This document shows positions 1-12,590 of a stretch of DNA of 64,000 nt, piece by piece (position 1 is the first letter of the stretch; every line of letters starts with the position of its first letter). The translations under genes and the position numbers were made by a program. Source of the stretch: Paragordius varius (taxonomy: Eukaryota > Animalia > Nematomorpha); the NCBI GenBank assembly GCA_964247055.1, contig OZ176054.1, positions 12,090,001 to 12,154,000 on the forward strand, read 5' to 3'. The notes beneath the pieces are model-generated. The model ran no database searches and was not told the origin of the DNA. It worked only from the letters and a program-made list of their open reading frames with translations.

Positions 1-499
1 AAATTTTTTTTCTAAAAGACAACCCTCACCTTTTAAATTACATTATTCCATATTATTTTTAACTATAAAATATATAATTGATTGTGTTACCAATATATCC
101 CTATTTCATACTGTGCGATTTACCAATTATTTATATTTCAAAAGTTCGAATTGAAAAAATATGTTGTTTTTTAAAACTAATTGTCTTTATATCTATACGT
201 TTTGTCCGTTAAATTTCAATTATTACTATACTTTTAATTTTATTTTGTTTACATTTGAGACGCTTATTATTTATTGAAACACAGGTAAATTAAACTATAT
301 TCTCTATTGTTGCAAAGTAGCCATTCTGATTCATAAATAATTTTGATAGCGAAAATACTTTAAAAACAGATGTATGCTTAAATCAGTTTTTTTTGAGTTT
401 ATAAACTTATCTACATCGTGACTCCCAAATTTTTTTGAGTTCATGAGGAAAATTACGAAAAATCATATTTTGAGCCTAAAGGCACAATATGATATAAAT

Positions 500-2400
500 A
501 CCAAATTTAGTCATATTCCTTTACCGCTTTTTTGTTTAAAAACACGGAATTTTGAAGGGAAATCAATTTTATTTAAAATAGCCATCGGCCACTACCGGTT
601 TCGCCGATCTTTCAAGTAACACAACTTAATGTCATGCCAAAAAAACTGATTTGCGACACACCATACATCAGCCATTTTCTAACGTATGAAAATTATTTAA
701 GTGTTGGTCTGCGTGCATGTGCCCCAATCATGGGAATAGATAACACTAGACAACAAATTTTAACTTTTTTTAACTGCCATACTTGTAAATTTTAAATTTA
801 TTTTATTAAATTATATAATTAGTATATCTGAAAAGAAAATTGGTCTAGCATGCAAGAATTTTTTTATATTAGAGTTTATCGATAATTTTTGGCCCCGATT
901 TAACATTAAACTCGAAATTTCGAAAATTAAAAGTTTTAGATATGAAGCCATGTATTTTATATCATTCGAAAGAGCGCAAAAAACTGCATCTTTTAAATGG
1001 TAGTAAGTCATTTAAATCAATCGGATGTAAAAGTTATTTGGATTTAAATGGTCGAAATTTTCAATCCTTCAATAAGTCAAGAATTTTAACAGACAAACTA
1101 ATTTGAAAATCATATAAATTATTTTAATATATAGGGTTATATTAGTCATTAATTTATAAAAAATGTTTGAAAAAGCTTTTGGTTTGCTTTTTTAATAAAA
1201 ATTATTATTATCATAAATATTTTACCTAGTGGATACTAAAATGCATAGTTATAACTGTAAATTTATTATATAATGGCTATAAAAGATTAAAAATACCTTA
1301 AACTTTGTTGTTATCTTTAAAATTTCGAAATTATTAGCCTCGTAAAGAAAATAAATTAATATTGATGAGATGGTAATTTTTAAAAAACAAAAAAATTTAA
1401 AAATGGTTGTTTTGAGTGTCATAAAAGCAATAAAAAAATGTTTTAATCAATAAAACTTCTTGTGTTATCTTTTTTGGACATTCATCACCATCTAGACAAA
1501 GTTTGAGCTATTTTAATCCATTAGTTTTAAAAAAATAATAATAAAAAAAATGCTCTCGCTTCGCGCGTTTGTCGCTCTCTGTGTCCAATATTAACTGTCG
1601 ATGTAATACATATTAGTATGCATTTTATAGAGTTTTTATTACTCTTTCGAATGATATATTACAAATGGGCATTAGTTGTATATTTTCAAAGAAAAACATT
1701 TTGTAGTAAAATTTTGATAAAGAGGGCGCATAATCAAAAAAATCAAATTATACAAAATTCTTCCAACGAGTTATAATTTTTATTTCAGATTTACTGTTAA
1801 AATGATACTAAATATCAGAAATTGCAAAAAACTCGAGTGGCAGAAAAATTTGTTGTCCAGTGTAATTGTCACATGACGCCATGCTTGAAAAGTAGTAACG
1901 GATGCGGAAAAGGTTCCCATTGAAGCGATATTAAAGTGCTCTTTTTATTGGTTTTGCTGTGTGACACGGAGCATTTCAGGTAAATTACTTTTACATGTAT
2001 GACCCAAGGTTGTTTTTCGATTAATGCATGGTCTAAATTAATAATTTGTGGATTTCGTTGTGTATAATGGTTTCATCGAGCTCTTAAAGTTCATAATGCA
2101 CAATACCACTCTCGACTCACCAGACTTTCCTCGGCCATTTGGCCTGGATGTTTATGGACAAGCTTGGCAAAATGAAAGCCACTATTTCCTCTTTGCATTT
2201 ACAAAAGCCATTCTCTAACAAGATACAAAAATGATTTTCTTTCGTGACGTTAAAGCAGGATCTCTCAAATACTTTAATTTCGATATGGCATTTATTCAGT
2301 TTGTTTGGGCGTTTCTCATAGATTGGTAGTTTTTGCTAAATGTAATGCTTTTACCAATTGTTGTACACACTTTTCGACTTTATTAGGTTAATCCGGTAAT
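500..2400 (-). pseudogene. Degenerate mariner (Tc1/mariner) transposase, interrupted by the MITE at 744-1862
   Basis: Minus-strand translation gives mariner motifs broken by stops and frameshifts: GIVHYEL..ETI (~2060-2110), STLISLQWEPFPHP (cf. LxWEVLPHPPYSPDL, ~1890-1945), CDNYLF across the MITE junction (cf. SDYHLF), and VVA-DGYFK* at ~570-600 (cf. VVASDGxYFE*). Boundaries are approximate. Confidence 0.75.
744..1862. mobile_element. Non-autonomous CAC..GTG DNA transposon (CMC superfamily, probably Chapaev3-type MITE), copy 1
   Basis: The termini CACTAGACAACAAATTTT and AAAATTTGTTGTCCAGTG form an imperfect TIR, flanked by TAA on both sides (741-743 and 1863-1865). A second copy lies at 9576-11160. 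The superfamily assignment is inferred from the CAC/GTG ends and 3-bp TSD. Confidence 0.75.
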
Positions 2401-3780
2401 CACTCTTGATTATACCTGATATATTATGGTTTGTAATATAATGCAGAGTGCTATGGATTGCCTATAACTATATGACCTTTCATAAACATTAGATGCATAT
2501 ACATATAATTAGATGACTGTTTTATGACAAGATTCACAAAGCCTGTAATCTATTGAGAAAACCGACACTCCCAACAAGGATTTAGGAAACATGATTAGGA
2601 ATGTAGGTCTCTTGTAATTTAGAAAGTATGGTATTCCATCGTTGCAAACAGAATTACACGATTCTAACTTTTTAAATATAATATTGTAATATTTATATTT
2701 TTAGTAAAATTTTATTTAGGAGGTACATAAAAAACCCTTAGTTGTGCAGCATCATAACCAAATTTTTTTATAAACATTAGTTATAACGAAATTTATTTAA
2801 ATTTAAAGGACTTTTTTGCCTTGATTTCGCCATAATTTTAGGAAACAAAAAACGCTCTTTTTGTTATAAACAAAAAGCATTGGAGCTATCTAAATGTTTT
2901 AAATTTTTCACGAAGCAAAGATGTGATAAAAATTATCGCTTTACCTTATGTTTAAAAAAGTCTTAGTCAAATAACTGATGATAATCTGCGACGCATTTTA
3001 ATTTTTTTATGCATATTTTTTATTTTATTACAAATTTTACATTTCTATAACACTCGTATTTCAATGAGGTTTGTGAGGCAGTAAAAATAAAAATGGGATA
3101 TATTTTGTATACATATTCATTTAATTTTTTAGTGATAAAAGTGTTCTCCTCTTTTGGCAAATACATTATAGAAAATTTTGACAACCAAAATATAGTGTAT
3201 ACGTGGTTAATATAAATATAATAAAGTGCCAGACTAAATGTAATTGATATTTAAAAATAAATGGTTTTAGATGTCTTTAACCCGCTATTTGTAAAAAATA
3301 AATAATAATTGAGAAGCTGGGCGTTTAAAACCACCAAATTTAAATAGTAAATAAACTAGCTATCTAATTTGGCATGTCAATCAATCTATACCTGCAAATG
3401 AGGTTTTTAATATTTAAAACCTTAACAATTTAAAACGCTAATATTATATGAATTAACTTAATAACTAACTTTTCAAAAAAGTATATTAGGTAAATATACA
3501 TATAACCAGTACTTACCAGAATGAGTTAAAAACTTTATTTATTCAATTATTCTTCAAAAGTTATATTTAACTTTTAACCTTAAACTATCTAAAACCAGTT
3601 TTAATTAAAGAAATTTCGAAAAGGTACATTTAATAAAACAAATATTATCATAAAATGCCTCACAAAATGCTTATGGTATCATGACATATCAAAATCAAAA
3701 CTTATGATATAAATCGGTTCAATTTTTCAAAAATATCAATTTACTAGTTTTAATTTCTAAATACTCTTTCATATCCAAAA

Positions 3781-6700
3781 ATGTATTTTCATTTTCTCGT
3801 TGGCTTAGTTACTATACTTTTTGGCGTAACTAAGGCATCTAATCCCATTCAAAGTAATTTGTCCATATTTTTATCATACAATATTTTTACCGTGTTTTAT
3901 ACCTATAAATATATCTAGTTCCTAAATATCTGTTGGAGCAGTACCTAAACAAAGTGGCAGATAGGGAAAATATGGAAGAATCCTCAACGATAAATGTTCA
4001 ATCTATACCTGGTAAATATATATTTATAGCATGGTGTGCACTCATAACTAAAAGCTCGAGTTAAATGTTTCGAAAATATAAATGTGATTAATAAAAGTAT
4101 GCTATATTTATTCGCCATATGTCAAAATTGTTAAAAATTCATCTTAAGAATCCAATAGAATAGAATAGCAATACTCAAACCGCGGACCTAAAAGTGCTTT
4201 TTTATAGCCCTGAATTTAAACTTTTTCAGAAAATTTTGATTAGATTAATGTTTATTTAGTTTTCACTATTTAAAAAATTCCGTTTAGTTGGGTAATTCCT
4301 CAATCATAGATTTTATATTATGTAAAAAAATACCTGCTTTTTTCCAGCTTCGATATTAATCATACGCATCTGAATTTATATAATATTACCAGCTTAAAAG
4401 TAATATTGGAAAGGAAGCGCAAAGGTTTATAATTGACTTTTGGCAGGTTGTGTCAAAGAAATAGTAATCTAAAGCTATCCATATTGTTTTGTTTCAACTC
4501 ATATCGAGATGTAGCATATTTAATTATCAAATATGTTAAGAGACAATGGATACAGAATTTAGATTGTGGCCTGTTATAATAACCACTCCTGCTTTTTTTC
4601 ATTGAAATTTTTAAATTTTAATCATAGGCATCTTAATTTAAATAATATTTCCAAAAGAAATATTGGAAAGGAAGCGCAAAGGTATATAATTGACTTTTGG
4701 CAGATTGTGTCAAATAAATAGTAAATAAAAAATCTAAAGTTATCCATATTGTTTTGTTTCAACTCATATCGAGAGGCAGCATATTTAATTATCAAATATG
4801 TTAAGATACAATGGATACAGAAGTTAGATTGTGGCTTGTTATAATAACCAGATTTGTAAAGTAAAAATATTGGTTAATATCAGAGGCATAGCTGGTAAGG
4901 GGGGCTGAATTCCATAGTTGAAGGGGCGTCGGATTTTAAAATTTTTTAATTTTATTTTAAAAATAGGTATTTAAAAGTCATTATTTTAAATAATACATGA
5001 TAAAAAAATCACGGAAGGCGCCATCATGAATTCATGGACCGAACGCTAGAAATGCAAGCTAAACCTCTGGTTAATAATATAACATGTCCGTTTTTGCAGA
5101 AGATTAACAAAATATTGTGTATAATCCCGAAAAAATCTTAGTGTACTGATTTAATTTACAAGTACCCGCATTGGAAACTATGTAATATTTGTCGGTACTT
5201 CAAAAAATTTTGGTGATACATACCACTGGAATAGAAGAAAACGGGTCAGATAAATTTTATATGTTCATACAATATGCACATTTATGCTGGTTTATTTGCA
5301 TTATAGTTTGTCGGTCAATTTACAACACTTTAGTGCATGGAAAATACCAAAATATTGAAACTAAACACGTTTTACCTTTTGTTCATTTAACTATTGATAA
5401 AGGTTGTTTTATAACACACGCTAATGTATTACAAATTAACCAACATTAATGTGAATAAGTTAGCATTATGTGTACACTATACTCGAAAATTGTAACTGAG
5501 TATTTTGGGCTTTTAAAACTTTTAATCCGGGTTTACGGTTATAAAAACCTATTCACACTAAAACGATATAGATTTAATTTAGAAGAATATTTATATATAC
5601 TTTTATATTAGTGCACATAAACATCTTGATATATATAGTTTTCAGGATTCTTAGATTTTGGCTTTTGAGCTTACAAATAGTTTAAAATTATTACCACTTT
5701 TGTGGTACTTGCTATAAATTGCAAAGTTTGAGTAAATTATGTTAAAATTTTTTTTTTGGTAAATGCTTCATTACAAAATGTATCATCAAAATTATGATAT
5801 GCTGTATTTAAAAAATATTTTTTTATGAAATTTTATTTTTGTTTTTTTTATTTTTTAACCAAATTTTCTTTATTTATTATATATTTGTTCATTTAAAAAT
5901 AAAATTTTTTATTCAAAAACAACTTTTTTATCCCAAACTCTTTTTTTCCAATTTTGTAAAAATAACTTTTAAATGTTTTAAATGAAAAATTGTAAATAAT
6001 AACCCAAAAAACTTATATATTTTTTAATTAGGTGATCTTATAAATATCCAAAATAATTTTAAGAAACTCAAAAAAGGAAAATGGTCTCCCAATGATTAAA
6101 AGTTGATATTGATTTAAAATTTATGTTAAGTAATTGAAAATAGGTCAAAAACGATAGATCAATGATTAACGATTTGATTGATAAAAGTTTAAAACAAAAC
6201 AAAAATGTCAAACTTGAAGTGTTTAAAGACCCACTTGAAATGTTCAAGGACCAACTTGAAGTGGGAGACTCTTGAAGTGCAAATGGTATATATAAAACCC
6301 AAGACCAAAAGATGTATATCTTGCACTTTTCTATAAATTATATATCATATTATTCAAAAGTGTAGAAACGAATTTGCGAGCCGCATTTTTGACTGAAAAA
6401 ATTCGCCGGCGGGCCGTACTTATATATATGCATTCACAAATAATTTATTAGATTTTAAACATAAGGCTGCTGCAAAATATAAACGTAATATAACAATTTT
6501 ATCTAGTTCTCTAATTGTATTATCAATTTTGCTAAGATTTTGCGAACATATTTTTTTAAATTTTTAATTGCTAAAATTCTCGCAGACCGCACATAAAGTC
6601 TCAGAGGGCCGCGTGTTCGCCATCCCTGATCTAGATGTCACCCGCGCACTCTGTATATTAAATGTTATGTAATTATGTAATAACCTCTTTATAAAATAAT

Positions 6701-9700
6701 CTTTCTTCTATAAACCTTAGAATCTTTTTATATAAATAAATTCATATATGTAAACATTATAAATAAAAATTGAAAATATTATAACATTATCGTATTATTT
6801 GGTCTAAATTTCACGCTAAAGTAGGATTGATTTGTTTCATGTGATATCACGAAAATATAATAAAACTTGATAAATAATTTTGCGTTTGAAATTATTTTTA
6901 TTATACTTATCAACAAATAAAATTCGACACCTTTCCTTTCATCATAATAATTTTTCATCTAATGTGCAAGAAAACAGCGACTTTATAACTTTAGCTAGCT
7001 ATAATAACTTTTAATTATTGTAATATTCATATAGGGAAATTTCAGCTCGTACATAAAAATTTAAATAAATTAAACATATTACTCGTCAAAATATAAGTAC
7101 TTTATTCAAATAGAAATAACAATTAAATAAAGTTAAAAATTAATAATATATTTGACCCAAACTTAACTTTTGAATATACTAGAATTGGTTTTGACTAGTC
7201 AAAAAAACCGGACTGTCCTTATAAACGCAGTGTATTATGACCAGGTTAATAATACTAAAAAAACAATTAGTACCAATCAATTTTACTTTACCTCTACATG
7301 GGTGTTCAATGTAGTTTTTAAAAGTTAACATGCTGGCAAATATTTGGTTATCACACTGCTTCGTTTTAGTAGCATTTTTAGAAAAAAATACCAGTTTTAG
7401 TTGTTTCTTTTGATACCGTATATAAACTTAACTAACGTTTGTGTAGCTTTTAACATGGAAAATAAATATATTTTCCTGACACAGACCCGGTTGTAGAGTA
7501 GTGTAAAGGCTACGCGAGAGTATTGTTTTAAACAATATGACTGTTAAGGCTTATATGGTTAGAATAAGTTTTTACTGTTACTATAAAAAAGCGTTTGTAA
7601 ATAAATATTTTATTTTTTCCAACTTTTATTAATATTAAACAGTAAGGGTACAGAAGAATGGGAAAATAATATAAATTTACCTATATATATATTATATATG
7701 ATAAACTAAGGCGTCTCCAAGACCAATAACTCCTTAACCTTAACTGAACAAACTAAATGGGGTTTTGATATGACAGGAATAGATGGAAAAAATATTTTAA
7801 ATGCCGAATTCGTAATCCCATTATCACAAAACAGCAGAAAATTATCGTTAAATAATGCTAAAGTTTATTTTGCAAAAAATATGCTGGTTATTGGCTCGGC
7901 CAACGATTCTGAGACCGGCGAGATCACAGAACTAAATGCTTACGTTCATCAAATCAAGGATGAAGTCATAAACCAATGCGCAAGTGAAATAAAACATGCA
8001 AATTGCGATAATGCTACGCAATATTTGATAATTTCCATCAAACCGATCCTAGAATTTTGGGCTAACAAGAATTCTGCCCCAAAAGATACCCAAAAAAGAC
8101 TTACAATCACCCTAAAAATTGAGGACTCGATGATCAAACAACTTTTGAGCAACAATGTATATCTATTTACATATACACCTCAACAGAAAAAGTAAGAAAC
8201 GTATATACTTTAAAATATATATTTGTTAAACAATACATGCGTAAGAATTCAAGATAATAAATATTTAATAAGGACTTTTATATACGGATAATTTGAATAA
8301 TGTAGAAAAATAACGCGACATTTTTGATTATCGTAAGCTAACTAATGCTTTTGTAAGCGTAACTGACCTCTATATGATTACTGATAATTACCCAATACAC
8401 TGTATCTGTGGGTAGAATGATGAAAATTTATGATTTTTATTTAATATAAATTAATTTTTTGACCATTATATATTTTTTAAATTTGGGATCAGGTTTTTGA
8501 CTCTTGAAGAACAAGGTCTGATATCTTGGTAGTGTTACACAATATAATTAATAAAATTACTAGATTATAACGAAATAACCAAAAATTCAGTTAGTATTTA
8601 ACATTTTTTAACATAAAGTTTTTTAAACTTCACTGCCTTATGGGGGGATTTTACCACACAGGGATAATAAATTTTAATGTAAATGATATTAATGTTGAAT
8701 CAAAATTAAAAATATGCATTCTATGGCTATTCGGACACGTTATTTTAAAATTTTTAATAATATACATAATAGGAATAAACATTCACTAAAATATATGTTA
8801 CAAATATATAGAATTTTTCAAAAATTTAAATAATTGAATATATATATACCATTCTTAAGTCAACAATATTTTTTCAAGCCAACTCAACAATTTTCCAAGT
8901 ATCGCATATTTATTAAGCAGACACATTTTTTCAATCAAACGCAACTTTTTTAATCAAAGACAACATTTTTTCATCCTAAACACTTTTCATGCAAACGCAG
9001 CATTTTTTCATCCTAAACACTTTTCATGCAAACGCAGCATTTTTTCAGTTGTCTTTGCTTGTTAAATGTTGCATTTGCTTAACGCTTTTACTGAAAAATG
9101 GTATATTTTATATTAGTGATTATCACAACCATAGATGCACTTATATGATAACTTATCGAACATATACCATATAAAAAAAATTCAACTATTTTTTAATTTT
9201 AGTGTTCGGGAAGGTAGCATCCCAAAGGCAGGATCAAAAAAATCTTGGGAGAAAAAAGTTAGGAGACATTTGCAAAAGCGATCTGCTGATGAATCTAATA
9301 GATTTGCGCACCACTGTAGGGTAGCTACTTATCAGATTAAACTTTCAGAATACATTCCCGATGTAATTGTACCAATAGGAAATATTACTCTCCATCATTG
9401 CACAGGTAGTAAATATTAAACTTAACTAACTAATTATATGTAAAAAAATGGTTTATCTAAATTATTTGAAATTTCTTGTAAGAAAAATTTTATACAAGGT
9501 GTAAATACAGGAAAAGCTATTTGCTATTTGCCAACAAAATCGCATAATTTCATTGATAAGTTTTATGGTTATTTACACTAGACAACAAATTTTGACTTTT
9601 TTTTAACTGACATTCTTGCAAATTTAAAATTTATATTATTAAAGTATAAATAGTATATCTGAAAAAAAATGGTCTAAACCCTAAGATTTTTTTATATTCG

Positions 9701-12559
9701 AGTTTATTGATAATTTTGGCCCCGATTTAACTAACTAAATTTTCAAAATTAAAAGTTTTAGATATGATGTATTATATATCATTCGAAAAGCTAAAAACTG
9801 TATCTTTCAAATGGTAGTAAGTCATTATAATCAACCTGATGTAAAAGTTATTTGGGTTTATATGGTCAAAATTTTCACCCTTAAATAAATTAAAAAATTT
9901 CACAGACAAACTAATTTGAACATCATGTAAATTATTTTAAGATAATTATTAGGGTTACATTTGTATTTAACACTTCAATTGAAATTGGGGTATATAAATA
10001 CCCCAGACTATATTTAAACTGAAGTTTTTAAAAAATTCTGAATGAAACGGTCTAAATTTAAATTTATGCTCCTATCCTAATAAAAAATATCAAATAAGCC
10101 GTAATATCTGTAAATAAAAATTGACTTTAAAAAAAGTTCCATATTTAACTACTTTGGCGCTATTTTTATTTTACAATTTGCAAAATATCATGTTTATTTT
10201 ATTTTAAAGATTAAATGAAAGCCAATTTTTTTCTTAAAATCACATCTAACATTGATAGAAATAGGAAAAGTGATTTATTTTGTATTTTTAAATTTAGTTG
10301 ATGCACATATGTCATGTTGACTAAATATTTACCTTGAGGTTTTGCCAACCAAGTAAAATTAAGTATTTTTGAATAAAATTTTATATATTTCAGTTTATTA
10401 ATGTTATAAATGTGTAAAGTTTTGCCATGGTTTCAATTCATTCCATATTTTTTGAATTATTTAATTTTAAAGGACTGAAATGAATGTGTTGTATCCAAGT
10501 GTTATTTTAAAAAAAATCTTTGGAAAAGCTTTTGGTTTGCTTTTTAATAAAAATTATTATTATCATTCATCAGTGGATACTAAAATGCATAGATATAACC
10601 TTAAATTTATTACATAATGGCTATAAATATCAAAAATACCTCTTAAACTTTGTTTTTAGCCTTTAAAATTTTGAAATTATAGGCCTCGTAAAGAAAAAAG
10701 TTAATATTGATGAGATGGTAATTTTTTAAACAAAAAACTTAAAAATGGCCGGTTTGAATGACATTAAAGAAATAAAATGTTGTAATCAAATAACTTTCTT
10801 GTGTTATCTCTTTTGGACATTCATTGCCACCTACACAAAGTTTGAGCTATTTACATCCATTATTTTTATTAATATATTAATTAAAAAAACGCACTCGCTT
10901 CGCGCGTTTGTCGCTTCCCATGTCCAATATTAACTATCGATGTAAAACATTTTAGTATGCATTTTATAGAGTTTTCATTACTCTTTCAAATCTTATATTA
11001 CATATGGGCAGTAAATATATTTTAGTAAAGATAAAGAAAGCGCATAATTAAAAAACGAAATTATACAAAAATCTTAGGTGAAATTATAATTTTATTTTTA
11101 CTGTTAAAATGATAGTAAATATCAGAAAATGCAAAAAATTCGAGTGGCAGAAAAATTTGTATACATAAATTTCTAAAATCTTATCCCAATCTTTTTAAAT
11201 AATTTTATTGGTAAAAATTAGCGAAATTGCAAAACAGTTTAATTGAAAAAATTATTTTTTGGATACCAATTTTCCAGCGCCAATGAATGATCGGCTAAGA
11301 AATTGGTGGAAAATGTTGAGTAAAGCAGACAACCATACTTTTAAAATCTTGTTTGATATTTTTCTTTATAAATAACCCAACGTTAGGCCTTGCTGCGCAC
11401 AAATTTTGACTAAAAATTCACAAACTTTTTCTCAAATTATTTATTCGAAAAAAACTGTAAAATATATAACCTTTATCCAAACATAAGTGTCTGTTATTAA
11501 CATTTTTTATGTTTATTGCAGTCTTTAAACGGTATTTTTTATTTTCAGATCTGAGAAGTACTCTGACGTTAAGGCTACACAACCCATTATTTTATTTATA
11601 TTTCCTTTATTATAGATCGACATAGGTAAAAATTTATAACGCCTTAGATAGTGGATTTGTAAGTTTAAGCCAAAATACTGATAATAGCTGTGTTTTGATT
11701 TGCAACTATTTTTGTTATATACAGGTACAAAAATACTTGCGACGGATTTAGTATAATAAAAGAAAGAGTCTAGAATGCAAATTAAAAATAATATAAAAAG
11801 CATTTCGTAAAAATTGTTTATGGCGAGTGATATTAAATTTTCAGTTTTACCTAAATGCTGAGTTTTAGCACACTAATTTTAAAAGCATGTTATTAACAGG
11901 TTCATGGCGTGGTATTAAGAATAAAATATTAGCTTTTTAAATAAAGCAAAATACTTCGATATTTTTGCGTTAAATGTAAAAATTAATATATATTTTAAAT
12001 AACGATGTTTTGGAATTTTATTTGATTAAAGATCTTGTATTGGTTTACATTTAAGAAAAGAAATAAGTCAAAAACTCAGAATGATGATATATAGATCCCA
12101 TAGGCAAATTATACTATGTAACATAATTCTTTTATACTTTTTTTTATAAAATCGATGTTGATTTAAAACAAGCCATTTAAATTATGTAGAATAATTAGTT
12201 TGCAAAGTTTTAGCCATTTCACATGAAAATTCTTTATAAACATTACCGCTAACATCAGTTTATTTTATTCCATTGCAAAAAGTTATCCAGAAAGTATTTT
12301 CCCATCCGGAAAATGGCTGATGAGTCTCCCTAAAGTTTGAATTGGGAATTATTGACTACGATTTGGCCCAGTAACTAAACAATCAAAGTATTTTTAAATT
12401 TAAAAAGTTCTATTTTCTGCGCTGTAACAAATTTGAAAAGAATATATGACTTCTACTATCAAAAACCCGACTTCTTGTCATCCTAGGACAGATGTTGCGG
12501 CATTTATGAGTACTATCATAAATTTCTTCATTTAAATAATGGTAGAAAATTTTCACACA

Positions 12560-12590
<31 letters not shown>

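Noticed and set aside
811-1011. ORFs within the CAC..GTG MITEs (also 10745-10933)
   Set aside because: The reading frames are not preserved between the two MITE copies and have no transposase motifs.
5189-5449. 86-aa ORF as an extra TGF-beta exon or nested gene
   Set aside because: Exons 2 and 3 already join in phase, and it has no convincing splice sites or homology.
12230-12560. Possible transposase relic in TGF-beta intron 4
   Set aside because: The composition looks coding-like, but I could not match any diagnostic motif in any frame.
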